Source: Octopus vulgaris | Lineage: Eukaryota | DNA: 64,000 nucleotides | Assembly (NCBI GenBank): GCA_951406725.2 | Contig: OX597815.1 | Span: 104,842,001-104,906,000 of the forward strand | Direction: 5' to 3' | Part shown: positions 41,298 through 54,769 of the stretch, piece by piece | Position numbering within the stretch: position 1 is the stretch's first letter | How the letters are laid out: every line of letters begins with the position of its first letter | Notes under the pieces: generated by a model | Databases searched by the model: none | What the model was told of the DNA's origin: nothing | The model's input: the letters and a program-made list of their open reading frames with translations, nothing else | Program-made: the position numbers and the translations under genes

Positions 41298-42812
41298 TGT
41301 GTGCCAAGTAACACAAATGTGGATTAAAATTTACGATAGCTGTTTTAGTAGGATTTTATTGATGTATTCATAGATTACATCATAACATACAATCCATCAC
41401 TTTCAGGTTAAATTTTAAACACTTATCAAACAGGTGTGGTGATACATCGGTCGTAACGAATCCAATCAGCATTGTAGGATAAGTGGTATTTTAAAAATAG
41501 CATTCGAATTTAGAGGCAGGTTTGGAGTCACTTTAACGTCTATGCGAGAAGCAAAGACGAGAAACGTCTATATTACTTCTAAACAGTTATCTAAATTACT
41601 TTATAGCATATATTAACGGTTATATTAACGGTTCTAAAAATGCTCAATGTGTTCTCTTGCAAAATTGTATCCCTTAAAATCTTGAACCTCCAACAAATAC
41701 ATAAATTCGAGGAACGAGTTATTTCCTGAATGCTCGCAGTACAAGAAATATATCTTGTCGGTAGACCACCGGACAATTAGTATAGCATTAGTAACTGGCT
41801 TACGCCTGCTTTGCATCGAATTACTCTAATGCTGGTTATCTTCTTTGTGTTTTTCTTCTTGTCTTCACTTTTAACAGCATCTCTTGTTTGAACGTTTTCG
41901 GCTCAAAACGCAACTGACAAACAATCTTGTTTCTGAGCTTGATAAATCGCAGAATAAATTTTCATTTCAAAAAAGAAAAACCTAAGTAGCTGTATTTACA
42001 AGATTTGTGGGTTTTTTTATAAGATTATCTTTACACTTTTAGCTTATATCGAGTGCTTTTCTACCACATAAATACATACATACATACATACATACATACG
42101 GTAAAATATGGAAGTATATTCCTTGGATTTACTTTTGGTATCAAATCATGCTTATTTTAAGTTTCTAATGCTAAATTCGATTTTTCTGTAGACTTTAGTT
42201 GAGTATATACGTAAATAGATTACACCTAATGGATTAATCCAAAACAAACCTCTGTTTAAACTTTCAATTCTCATTTAGTGAGTTCCATGCGATGATGAAC
42301 ATACGAAATTATACTCAATAGAATTGATGCATTGATCTTACTAGCAGAATTTTCATGACAAAATGCTTTGCCAAATATGCTTTCAAGAGATTTTCGTATT
42401 TCTCTTCGTTATCTAGTATACCCATTTATTCATAAATGCACACACATACATAAACGCACACACAAACACACATGTATACGTATGTAAGTATGTATGTAAC
42501 TGTAGTAAGGTAGAGAGATAGAGGCTGAGAGAGAGAGTGAGAGAGAGATTAATGTTTCTATATTTTCTGTGGTATTCTACAACAAATTTTAGTTATTAAC
42601 TTTTTGAAACTCACTTCTTTAATGTAAACTATTTGTTATATAGGGAAAGTCAAGGAAATGAGAGCTTTTTTTTATTCAGTATAACATCTCACACACCTAA
42701 CTATAATCCGCTTTAAAACATATCACACTTCTCAACATCGAATAGGAGCTTTAAGCAATTTACATGATACATAGCCTAATTAATTAAATCGTAACAGATC
42801 TTGTAGAATATA

Positions 42813-42861
<49 letters not shown>

Positions 42862-43025
42862 GTTATCTGAGTGTGTGTGTGTGTGTGTGAGTGGGTGTCC
42901 TCTATGCATGGTCAAGCCTCTGGGTCAATCTGTACCCTAACCCTACTTGGGGTACATGAATAATTTGACCTTGGAAATAATAGTACGGCCTTGATTTATT
43001 TTTCTATAAAAAATAAAAAATATTG

Positions 43026-43070
<45 letters not shown>

Positions 43071-43511
43071 ATATAGATTCACTTCTTCAAACTGTTTTGT
43101 CAATGTCAACTTCCTGTGCCTAGCGTTCTGACGTAGTAACTAAGTAACCAGCTATGTACACACACATGTATGTATACATCATTACTGATGCAACGATTTC
43201 TGATTTTAAAAATGCATTTCTAAAAGTGCTTTCATTTTTCATATTCTTCTCCCGCTTTCTATTTGTATTTTTGTATGTAGTTTCGTTTCTCTAAAAAAAA
43301 TTCCAATGTGAACAGATCTGCTTAATATATCACTACTATCATTGCTAACCACTACCACTTCTACTTTACTACTATCACCACGACAACTTAAAGTTCTGTC
43401 GCTAATACTAATAAAACAAATACTACTAATGCCAAACCACCACCATCACCACCACCACTACTACTACTACAACAACAACAACAACTACTACTACTACTAC
43501 TACTACTACTG

Positions 43512-43551
<40 letters not shown>

Positions 43552-43869
43552 TATTCATCATCATTATCATCATCATCTTTATTCATCATCATCATCATCA
43601 GCATCCTTAGTCGTCGAGCTGGCAGAATTGTTAGCACGTCATGCGAAATACCTAGAACGTAGCAACAATGGAAATAACGCTGATTTAAAATTCCGCCGAG
43701 GTCGACTTTGCCCTTCATATGTCAACAGGTCTGTTTTATATAAGACATATTTGTTTTTGCCCTCTATGGACAGCCCAACCCCTGTTGATGGTACAAACTG
43801 TCAATGATCTCAATGCATGTGTTCCCAAACATTGCATAAATCTTTAGCAAGAGTCAATGGCTCTGTGGG

Positions 43870-44983
43870 CGAGCCATCTTAGCTCCACGTAATGATAATG
43901 TCGACAAAATGAACTGGGATCTCATGCAACTGTTGCCAAGACAAGAACAGTCTTTCAAATCTCTCGGCATTATCATTGATCAGGATCAGGTTGTAGTTTT
44001 TCCAACTGTGTTCCTGAACTCTCTAGAGTCATCTGGGATATCACCTCACCACTTAACACCTAAAAAGGGGGCTCCAATCATGCTGCGCAAGAATCAGAAT
44101 CTACTTCCTCTGTGCAATGGCACTATACATACTGGTAGCGAAAATGATGCGCTCCCATATCCTAGAGGCAACAATTATGACTTGGAATTATAATAGTGAG
44201 GATGTCTCCATTCCACGGATCCCGTTAATCATATATGACCTCCCCTTTGAATTTAAACCGTTCCGGTTCCCAGTGAAACTAAGTTTCGCTATGTCAATAA
44301 AAAAATCTCTAGGATAGTCTCTCAAGGTTGTTGGACTTCACCTTGCTTCTCTTATGAGCAATTATATGTAAGATGTTCAGAAGCTGGAAGTCCCAAAAAT
44401 ATTTTCATGTATACACCAATTAAAGTACATACTCAAAACATTGTATATTTAGAAGCTCTAGATAATTAAACTGTGATTGATCGCCGGATATATTTCAATA
44501 CATTTGTGTATACTCACGGCATCTGATAGAATTTTTGTTAAATATATTTATCAACAGGAGAGGAGCGCCCGGAAGGCGGTTCTTCTCAAATGTATGCATT
44601 TTCAGGTTCAACGTGTTTCAAATAAGTACTAACAATTAAAGGTGGTTGCAAAGACAAAGAATTACTTGCTTTTTAAAAATTTTAACAATGAGAACATTGG
44701 ACAAAATATGTTATTGACATATGCACTTGGTTCCTCATCTAATAACTGTTGAGAACTGCATAATCCATGTTTACTTTTACTTAGATATCTAAAAGGCATA
44801 CTTAAATTTCATTATTTTCAATAACCTGGCAACCACCGGGTTATTAACGTATAAAGTTGGTATCTCAGCTCCTAGGAGGTGAGGTCTTCGTAGTCTATGT
44901 TTCATGCTAGTTAGGGATCGAAAAGGCATTTTTAAATTTCATTATTTTTCTTTAACCCGAGCAACACCGGGTATTTCTGCTTG
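43870..44983 (+). mobile_element. Helitron 3' fragment: PIF1-type helicase C-terminus and terminal hairpin
   Basis: FLNSLESSG..PHHL..KKGAPIML..N...LCNGT, IPRIPL, FPVKLSFAMSIKKSLG, QLYV. Ends ACCCGAGCAACACCGGGT-ATTTCTG-CTTGT. Confidence 0.88.
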
Positions 44984-45049
44984 TCATATATAAAATCAAC
45001 TTTCTGGTCATTATAATTGCATTACCATATTACTCTAGATAATTTGTTC

Positions 45050-45313
45050 ATATTTAATCCTACTAAATCGGACCTTGGAAAAATTAGCAAATCAATCTTA
45101 GATAGGATCCTCACTTATGTGAAAGAAAATATGGATTTGCCTCTATGGAACAGCACTGGTGATGTGGTAACATGTTTTTGTTCAACTCAAAGTAAAGAAA
45201 AAACTTATTTTATACAATTCGACAGTGATAATTATTACACACGCGCGTATAATTTGGCCCTTATGAATAGTGGTTTTAACGCGAAATTAATATACACAAA
45301 AATCAAAACATAG
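45050..45313 (+). mobile_element. Penelope-like RT fragment with an internal deletion
   Basis: NPTKSDLGKISK..LDRI...LWNSTGDV...FIQFD..NYY joined directly to YNLALMNSGF; similar to the 58820 ORF. Confidence 0.8.
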
Positions 45314-45629
45314 CTAGAATATAATTAACATTTGTGTAGTATCACGTTTCGTAAAGAGCATATCTTTCCATATTGCACTATAACAGCAAAGATATTAATT
45401 AATATACCATTAAAGATATATTGTTATTCATTCAGATTTCGTTCTGTCGTCGTTCTCTGTTTTGATTTGTATCTAAATACCAACCTCATTGTATATCGAT
45501 TTACGTTGTCATACTATTTGAATATGAATGTTAATGAGAGATAAGCCTTTCCAAATATGACTAGTGAAGGTGTATGTGTGTGTGAACATACACACACAGA
45601 GCGTTAAATATATATATATATATATAGAA

Positions 45630-45681
<52 letters not shown>

Positions 45682-46777
45682 GCGCACGCAAACTCACGCG
45701 CGTATACTTAACATGTATACTCGAAGAAAAATAGCGTAGTTAATTATTCAAAAGTAGAGCGAAATGTTTGCGTGTGTGTGTGTGTGTGTGTACGTGTACT
45801 GGTGTGAGTGTGTGTTCGCGCACGCGCGTGTGTGTATGATGTATGTGGAGCATCAGTGGTTTAACAAATAAATACTATAGACAACAGACGAGAAAATTCA
45901 ACCAGTGTCTAAGATATCTGCGAATACATATTGTTAGTGCATTAGTGCATAAAGTTTGGCCAACTGTAAAAACTGTTGTGACTTTCATATTTTCCATATC
46001 TAAATTTTTCAGTTGAAGAAAATGAATGTACATTACTCTACAATGAAATTTAGACCATGAAAGTTGTAATCCAGAACTCTGACTCCCACCCTACTCTTAA
46101 ATATTGGCTTTGTTCCTAGTCTTTATTGCAACCTTTATAATATTGCAGAGGATAACATGAGTGAAACAAAATGAAGTTGGAAATTTAATTCAGTTGAATT
46201 TAGAGAAGGTGAGGGAAAGAAATATTTTGTACAAAAGTATGAAAAGCAATCATTATGTTACCATTACTACCTTTTTTTAATTAAAATATGTTTAATCAAT
46301 ATATTCTAAAAAAAAGTATATCGATTTATTTCTTTTTTATAGTTTATGTATCTTTTATATCGCATTCTTTTCATTCAGATAACCTTGTGCTTTTGTGCAT
46401 CATATTAGCTGCATACATTGGTTATACCAAAACGAAACGTGCTATGGCTTTGTCAAAATGTTGTTTTCATTTTTCGTGGCTTATTAATAGTCTTTAAAAA
46501 CACTGGGATAAAAGGAAATTACCAACAATCTATAATAAAAGTAATGTTGAGTCGGATAGCCGTAAAGAAATTCAGTGACTACTACCATATTTTGATTTAT
46601 TACTTTGTAGAATGATTTCAATATCCAATGCAAATACCCTACACTTCTTTTAATTATAGAATTATTCTATTCCGTAAGTTTGATCTAACATATTTTTATA
46701 ACCAAGTTTCGGGATAATTGTTTCACTTAAATTTTTTTTTTTGGTGCTCATCCTATAAGGCATTCACAATTGTATAA

Positions 46778-47015
46778 AGGCGCTTTGTCTAGTCACTGGA
46801 GATGTTCAGCTAACGATCATAAGGCCGTGGGTTCGACTCCTGGACCAGGAAATGGGCAATTCTTGAGTAGAGCACTTCATTTCATGTTGTCCTACTCAGA
46901 TATGAGAAGAATTCTTCTGCTCGGACAACTCACCCTCCCTCCACCTGTCATATCATGTACGTTCCACTGGAACAGGGGCGAGAAACCAGAATGGCAACAA
47001 CAAAAGCATCTAAAA
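46778..47015 (+). mobile_element. tRNA-derived SINE, degenerate
   Basis: B box GGTTCGACTCC followed by a TCTTGAG..AGCACTT block. Confidence 0.6.
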
Positions 47016-47088
47016 AGAATTAGCAAAAGTCTGGTTATCAAACCATTCTTGTTCGCGTGCGATGACTGGCTGTAATATGTTATATATG

Positions 47089-47182
<94 letters not shown>

Positions 47183-47209
47183 GTGTGTGTATGTGTGTGT
47201 GAAGAATTG

Positions 47210-47485
47210 CAGCGTGGAAGGTGTTTATAATCCATTTAAGAAACACAAAAACCGTTAGGTTCACTTGAACACTTAAATTTAATTTGCCAAAATATTTTCG
47301 TCGCTTTGAGACTGCGACTTGTTCACTGACAAAATTCCGTGCTGCATCTCACGAAATTTTGTCAGTGAACAGGTCGCGGTCTCCAAGCAACGAAAATATT
47401 TTGGCAAATTAAACTTAAGTGTTGAAATGAATCTAACAGTTTTTGTGTTTCTTAAATGGATTATAAAAAAAAAACTTCCACGCTG
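47210..47485. repeat. inverted repeat (~132-bp arms, ~8-bp loop); each arm has a variant hammerhead
   Basis: CAGCGTGGAAG...GACAAAATTCCGTG pairs with CACGAAATTTTGTC...CTTCCACGCTG. Confidence 0.92.
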
Positions 47486-48102
47486 ATCAGCTCACTTTCT
47501 ATGCAAGTACATCTCCGTAATGTATATATATATATATATATATATGCAGGGCGGAAAAAAATAACTTAATTTGGGTGCGCTTTCATTCTCTTTCATCGAT
47601 GCGTCCCGCTTTCTCTTCTAACCCGCTTGTCTTCTGGGATTGACTATCTTAGTCTTCACCTCTTCGCAAGCACTCGCAGTCAGTGAAAAATTTATGCTTA
47701 AAGTTGGTCTTCTATTATCACTACCTTTAAAAGCTGTCGATCAGGTCTCTCGATGTAAAGAGAGTATACTACTGTGAACGCTGCAGTGTTGTCTCTTAAC
47801 AAAAACGTAAGAGTACCTCACTCCCAGTGGTCTTACAGCACGGATATCAACATGGAGTTTCTAAGTCCCCTATACTAGATGGACGTTGACCGTATATGAG
47901 GATGATCCATTATTTTAACAAGTCTCATATTTGTCTTGTTGTTTCTTGCAAACCTGCTCACCAAAGAAGCCTGATGGGGGATCTGGCTTAATCTCCGATG
48001 AGCCGACAACCCAAATAGGCAACTGGTTGTACCAGAGTGCATCTGGCACTCGTGAAAGACTTAACATAAATTATGTATTTGTAGAAAGATAGGTAGATAA
48101 AC

Positions 48103-48175
<73 letters not shown>

Positions 48176-48479
48176 CATAAAGGGAGAGAGAGGGATAGAG
48201 ACAGACAGACAACAGACATAGTGGAAAATGACTGCAAAGTTAGGCCATTAGAAAGAACACTTAGCGAGGCTTGTTCCAAATCTTTACACTCTGAGATCAA
48301 ATCTTACTTCCCTTAACAAGAGCTGTGACTACACAAACAACAACAATATTGGAAACACTTTTGGAAATACTCTGTGTGTCATTTGTGATTAACAATAATG
48401 TATTGTAGGGAAAAGAGCCCGGATTCTGGGAGCTAAGTTTCTGTTAAATTTGTAGTATTTCACCTCAAAGAGTTTTAAG

Positions 48480-48800
48480 AAAAACCGATAGTCAACCATG
48501 CCATGCTCAGGTTTCTATGTCTTCTCTTGCAGTTCCTGATATTTAGATTATCAATTAAGAGCTGACCCTTCGTCCCCAGCTCCTTTTTCAGTACTCTTTC
48601 TGTTCAACGGGTAGCAGCCTACCTTCTTCCAATTATTTGTACGACTCACAGCACCTGACATTAGTTTCCACTTTAGCGAAAGGCATGTTATTGGTGTAAA
48701 GTTGGATGCAACATTTTCCTTTACAGGATCCTTGGCACACAGCAATGTCTTGCTCTTTCTCATCAAGCTGGGTACTGGGCCTGTTTGGCCTCATGACTAG
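48480..48800 (-). mobile_element. R4/Dong-type LINE RT fragment
   Basis: KTLLCAKDP...SNFTPITCLSLKWKL, then a degenerate AW.DY motif. Confidence 0.7.
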
Positions 48801-49249
48801 TATGAACTGATTAGATTTTGGGATCGACCGATACCGGACAAGGATTCTAGATTATTTTTTATATTTACTTTACTTTACATGATTACAATCTTACGTTGAC
48901 TTTCAAGTCTTTCTCATTTATCTCCCTTTAGGTTGTTTCGAATGGTTATTTTCGTTTCTCTACTACTAATTTTACTCGCGTCTCTATTTTAGCAGAAAGT
49001 GATGGATAATGAAATCAAACTACATCAATAAATGGCAGTAAAACCGTACAGTAATTAAATAACACTAAAATATTTTTATAATATATGTATTATGTATTAT
49101 ACCTACATATTAACATATTTACATTTTACAATATACTTACATTTATACATACATCGATCTGAAACAACAGGAAACTAAAGGAATGCCGGAATTTAAAAGA
49201 ACAGAAAAGCATGCTACTTATTTAAAAATTCCTGAGTAGAGCTTATTAT

Positions 49250-49583
49250 TATTGCCTCCGCCTTTGAAACTATTTTGAATTGTGAATTTGTTAACTTTGG
49301 CTTGTATTTGGTATGGATAAACTATTTATTAATGTTACTACAGCCACCTTCACATTCTATGACTATCATTGGGATCGATCAGTTACTGGACAAGGATTCT
49401 GGATTACTTTTCCGGTTTTTACTTAATTTTTGAGAGCGGTCGAGTTCATTTTTAGTATTCTCGTTTGTGAGAGCAGTCGATTTTATTTCAGATATTCTCG
49501 TTTTAAAAATAATCTCTGGCTAATCGTTGAGAGGACGTTGGTGTTCACTTGGCAGAGGTTTGCACTCTCTGAGTGCTCTTGTT
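49250..49583 (+). mobile_element. Helentron-associated (HINE/DINE-like) non-autonomous element
   Basis: Sub-terminal inverted repeats GCCTCCGCC and GGCAGAGGT, a 3' hairpin GCACTCtctGAGTGC, and TT flanks. Confidence 0.6.
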
Positions 49584-49592
49584 ATTATTATT

Positions 49593-50137
49593 GAGTGAGA
49601 TAGCAGTGCACGCCATTAAAGCGACAATGGGGTAATATATACGAAACCCACTATACACATCATGACTACCCGTCTGATAAGGGTACACCAAGCACATGCA
49701 TCACAACCATATATGCGCGACATGGTGATTTCATATCATATCAAGATAAACAGTGCATGACCTTGCAAGAGGTACCTAGTTAGAATTCCCTTCAGGTCGT
49801 GCAGCCCATGCTGCTCAAAGGTCCCTGAATAAGGATTGTTTAAATATGTTGAATGAAACACCCATGTTTCCAGAGGTGAAATATTCAAGCCTCAAAGAAC
49901 TCCTATCAATACATGGGTATGATATTCCACCACTAGTTATGCTCATAATCAGAGATGCACATATCGTCAGCAATCAAGGGACATACTCATCTACTTAAGG
50001 TCAAACAACATATAGGCAAATCTGTAGAATTGAGCAGAATATATGCTGTAGCCCATCATTTATACCAATACAAAACACTTCCAATCAGTTAAGATCAGAA
50101 GCCACGAGAACCACTGCCTGGTACTACATCAAGGCAT
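49593..50137 (-). mobile_element. ~560-bp (TAA)n-inserted non-coding element, copy 1
   Basis: Reverse-complement homolog of 53328-53884. Confidence 0.85.
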
Positions 50138-50214
50138 ATTATTATTATTGTTGTTGTTGTTGCTGTAGTTGTTGTTAATATCATTATTATTATTATTGTT
50201 GCTGTTGTTGTTGT

Positions 50215-50247
<33 letters not shown>

Positions 50248-50269
50248 TATTATTTGTCTCAGGTTTTGA

Positions 50270-51045
50270 TGTAAATCCTGGAGTCTTGCGTGCGTAGCAG
50301 GCTTGCTCCCTGCACAACATACAGTCTCATGTTATCTGTTCTTTTCAACTATCTAATACTTCACAGATTATTTTGCCCGTGCCAAGTAGGTAAATCTTTT
50401 GTAACAGTTCTACTAGGCACTATTCAGATTTCTTTTACATTCCTCTTGATGCCTTTTGATGATACTGTCCCCAAGGACCCGCACTAATTGGCACTATTTT
50501 CACATACTTCATTTTCCATAGCCGGGCTATTTCATACTCAAGAGGATTGTATATATCTATTTTTTTCACCTTCCTTTTTCAATCTCCGTTAGGCAAAGGG
50601 GCTCGCAACATCAACTATATAGCACATGTACTGCATCTTGTCCAACAGTGCTAGGTCCAGTCTGTTATGCTCTAGCATTCGATCCATTCGGATTGGAAAA
50701 CAAGAGAATTGTGCCGGTCTCCGACTCCGCCACTCTCTACAGTTTGTGCTCATACCACTTCTTGCCCCCCTCTAGACCCCCACTTTTCACCCAGTTTCCA
50801 ATGAAGCATTTTTCGCTACCTCATCGTGTCACCATAACTTGTAGTGGTTTGGGTCAAGTCTAGGGCATTCGTTCGCGATATGGGCATTGGTTTCTTCCAC
50901 TCTATTACAGATGTGGTACAGTGGAGACACTTGCTAATTCCTTAGATCGACACCCAATTCGTGGCCAAAGTTTGGTCTTGCGTTGCCAGTATAGTGTTTG
51001 CTCTCTGTCTCTCTTTTCAGCGTTCATTTCTTCAGCCAATCCCAC
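50270..51045 (-). mobile_element. R4/Dong-type LINE 3' fragment (CCHC and REL endonuclease region)
   Basis: HIANECP..RH/HW region, WYEHKL and YNPLEYEIARLWKMK; flanked by TTA/TTC runs. Confidence 0.8.
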
Positions 51046-51053
51046 TTATGTTT

Positions 51054-51102
51054 TCTTCTTCTTCTTCTTCTTCTTCTTCTTCTTCTTCTTCTTCTTCTTC
51101 TT

Positions 51103-51133
<31 letters not shown>

Positions 51134-51158
51134 ATATTATTATTATTATTATTATTAT
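51054..51158. repeat. (TTC)n(TTA)n microsatellite
   Basis: Directly visible. Confidence 0.95.
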
Positions 51159-51159
51159 T

Positions 51160-51330
51160 GCCTGTGCACAGCTGGAGCACTACAAGGGAACTACGGTAAC
51201 ACCTCTTATTTTTCGAGCACCTTCCGGAGTATTCGAGCGGTTCCAAGCAGTGCTGTTTTCTACAAGTGCTCTACCCTTATTGCGGCCCCTGTTTGTTCCA
51301 TGTATTACTCGTGATTTTTGTTTCATGTAC
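51160..51330 (-). mobile_element. R4/Dong-type 3' end fragment
   Basis: IRVEHL*KTALLGTARILRKVL, with the tail running into (TAA)n. Confidence 0.7.
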
Positions 51331-51659
51331 ATCTCGAGATTTTTGTTCCATGTACTTCTTATTTTTATTATTACTACTATTATTATTATCATTATTTTCA
51401 TTATCATCTTCTTTCAATTATGTTTCAATTTCTTACCGAATATATCCCTGATACCTAAGGCAGAGAAACGCACTGCATACATTGGTAGGCCATTAGAATA
51501 ACCAAATTGTTCATTTACAACGTTATGGGATAGAGAAAACATAAAAAATAAAAAAGTAAGCATAGAAAAATAAAGGGGGGAAAAGAGGAAGAAAATTCAC
51601 AGCGACAATGCTTCTAATACGTGTGGCGTACCAGTTAAGAAAATTTATTATTTATTGTC

Positions 51660-52105
51660 TTTGCACATACCGTCTTGTACGTAGAGTATTAATGAAGTAG
51701 AGCATATTAATACTAGCATTGACTATTGCCTTGATAATTTTCCCTCTATTTACTTTTGTTTCGAGCACTGTTCTGATCCTTCTCAAGCAGTTTTTTGAAG
51801 ACTCCTTTCGTTTCTCTTTCCATAACTTTACCATCCTGGACAAAACCTAGGTAATTATGCCCCACCATATTTCCCAGTGATCTAATGTTATCATTCGACC
51901 TCCATTCAAAATTAAAACTACATTTATTTACACCCAGCTGCATACGCATAAGATTGCTAAGTATTCTCACTGCTTGGATTAGGGGTTTCAGGTCATTTTT
52001 TTTTTTTGGATTTTGATTTTTTGGCACTTCGTATACAATTTGAGGTCGCTTATATAGAGCGGGTGATTTATTTCCATCCTGACCTTGGCAAGTTCATAGG
52101 CAAGC
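51660..52105 (-). mobile_element. R4/Dong-type RT fragment
   Basis: INHPLYISDLKLY (cf. INHLLFMDDLKLY), MQLGVNKC, NYLG and RRIRTVLETKVN. Confidence 0.75.
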
Positions 52106-52147
52106 TTGGCTTTGATTATTATCAATATCGTTATTGTTGCTGTTGTT

Positions 52148-52350
52148 AAGACGGCAAACTCACAGAATCGTTTGTGCGTTGAGCAAAATGCTTTGCGACA
52201 TTTCATCTGTCTTTACGTTCTGCATTCAAACTCTGTCGACTTTGCTTTTCATCCTTTCGGGAACGATAAGTTAAGTACTAGGAGGTTGAGGTAATCCACT
52301 TGCTCCCTCTCCTCAAAATTCCTGCGTTTGTACCCAATATAGTTATTATT
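52148..52350 (+). mobile_element. SINE family B
   Basis: TTTACGTTCTG..TTCAAA..GTCGACTTTGCTTTTCATCC. Confidence 0.7.
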
Positions 52351-52428
52351 ATTATTATTCGATAAAATTTGAGGCATTTTGCCACGCAGGAGATCGATGT
52401 ACAAGTGTGAATATGCATGTATGCATGC

Positions 52429-52520
<92 letters not shown>

Positions 52521-52837
52521 CATGTATGTAAGTGTGTATGTATGTATTGATTTTTCATATGGCACGCTGCCCCAAATTTTCAGGAAGTGAATATTTGATT
52601 ATGATCGGCCACAGTTCCTGACAGGTACTTATTTTAATAACTCCGGAAGGATGAAAAGCAAAGTAGACACAGGCAGAATTAGATATAATTCTGTACATAT
52701 TCAGAAGGAAACATTTTTGTACTATTACCAGATTTATTTTATTCATTGAAATATATAGGGTTGTGGAGAAACGGAATTGACAGAACACCGGAAAAATGCA
52801 TTAAGGTGTTTAGTTACGTACTTTTACGTTTTATTAT

Positions 52838-52898
<61 letters not shown>

Positions 52899-52916
52899 TA
52901 ATAATAATAATAATTG

Positions 52917-53170
52917 TTCGAGAAATATGTCAGAGAAATTGGAATTAACATGAGAGCAGAGCAAGCCCCGAAAACTGCTCTGCTGGGGACAATTAGGATT
53001 TTGAGATTGGTCCTTGGCTGTTGAATGTCTTCTACGATAATTAACAACCAAGTATCAAAGCTTATAACGAGCGAAAAGAGACCCTGTAAGACCTTTGACA
53101 ACAGGCTGCTGTCCACTTTCCCAGAATTATCCAGTGCAAACAAAACCGAGTGCTCAGTGACGTAAAGCGA
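52917..53170 (+). mobile_element. R4/Dong-type 3' end inserted in (TAA)n
   Basis: EKYVREIGINMRAEQAPKTALLGTIRILRLVLG plus a 3' UTR, with TAA arrays on both sides. Confidence 0.75.
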
Positions 53171-53202
53171 TAATGATAATAATAATAATAATGATAATAA
53201 TG

Positions 53203-53291
<89 letters not shown>

Positions 53292-53295
<4 letters not shown>

Positions 53296-53884
53296 GCCCT
53301 GATGCAGTAAATGCCCTGATGCAGTAAATGCCCTGATGCAGTACCAGGCAGTGGCTCTCATGGCTTCTGATTTTAACTAATTGAAAGTGTTATCATGTAC
53401 AATGTTTTGTTTTGGTATAAAAGATGGGATACAGCAAATATTCTGTTCAATACCACAGATTTGCTTGTCAGTTGTTTGACCTTAACCAGTTGAGCATGTC
53501 CCTTAGTGGCTGACGATATGTGCATCTCTGATCACGAGCAGAAGTAGTGGGGGAGCATCATAGCCATGTGTTGAGAGGGATTCTTTGGGGTTTGAATAAT
53601 TCACCTCTGGAGACATGGGTGGTTCTTTCAACATCCTTAAACAACCCTTATTCAGGGACCTTTTGAGCGGGATGGGCTACTCAACCTGAAAAAAAATTCT
53701 AACTGGGCCCCACCTGCAAGGTCATGTGCTGTTTATCTTGATATGAGATCACCATGTTGCGCACATATGGTTGTGATGCATGTGCCTGGTGTACCCTTAT
53801 CAGACGGGTAGTCATGATGGGTATATTGGGCTTCGTATATTTTACCCCAGTGTCACTTTGATGGCATGCACTGCTCTCTCACTC
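53292..53884 (+). mobile_element. ~560-bp (TAA)n-inserted element, copy 2
   Basis: ATGCCCTGATGCAGTACCAGG...CTCTCTCACTC followed by (AAT)n. Confidence 0.9.
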
Positions 53885-53916
<32 letters not shown>

Positions 53917-54060
53917 TGAACGAACTATTGAGTTTGGTTTAATGGCCTACCAATGTATACTATGAGTTTCTTTGCCCTAGGAGTCGGGAAGACACTCGGC
54001 AAGAAATGGAAGCAAATTTGAAAGAAGAAAAAAAAAAATAATATTAATAATAATAATAAT

Positions 54061-54604
54061 ATGCCTTGATGCAGTAGTACCAGGTAGTGACTCTCATGTT
54101 TTCTGATCTTAACTGATTGGAAGTGTTATCATCTACATGTTTTGTCCAGTTATAAAAGAGGCGCTACAGCATATATATTCTGCTCAATACTACAGATTTG
54201 CTTATCAGTTGTTTCCCCTTAACTAGTTGACCGTGTCCTTTGGTGGCTGAAGATATGTGCATCTCTGATCACGGGCAGAATTAACGATGTTTTGAGAGGA
54301 ATTCTTTGGGGTTTGAATATTTCACCTCTGGAAATATGGGTATTTCGTTCAACGTCTTTAAACAACTCTTATTCGGGGACCTTTTGAGCAGCATGGGCTA
54401 CGCGACCTAAAGAAAATATTTACTTGGCATCATCTGTAAGGTTATGCACTGTTTATCTTGATATGAGATCACCATGTCGAACACATATGGTTGTGATGCA
54501 CGTGCCTGCTGTACCCTTATGAGACATGCAGTCATCATGAGTAACTAGACTTCGTATATTTGTACCCTAGTGTCAATTGGATGGCATGCACTTCTCTGTC
54601 ACTC
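54061..54604 (+). mobile_element. ~560-bp (TAA)n-inserted element, copy 3
   Basis: Diverged direct copy of 53328-53884. Confidence 0.88.
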
Positions 54605-54606
54605 AA

Positions 54607-54714
<108 letters not shown>

Positions 54715-54769
54715 TAGCAATAATAATAATAATGATAATAACGATAATAATAATGATGATAATAATCGT

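Noticed and set aside
53505-53570. CTGACGA...GAAG in the TAA element as a hammerhead
   Set aside because: No GAAA, and stems II and III are not convincing.
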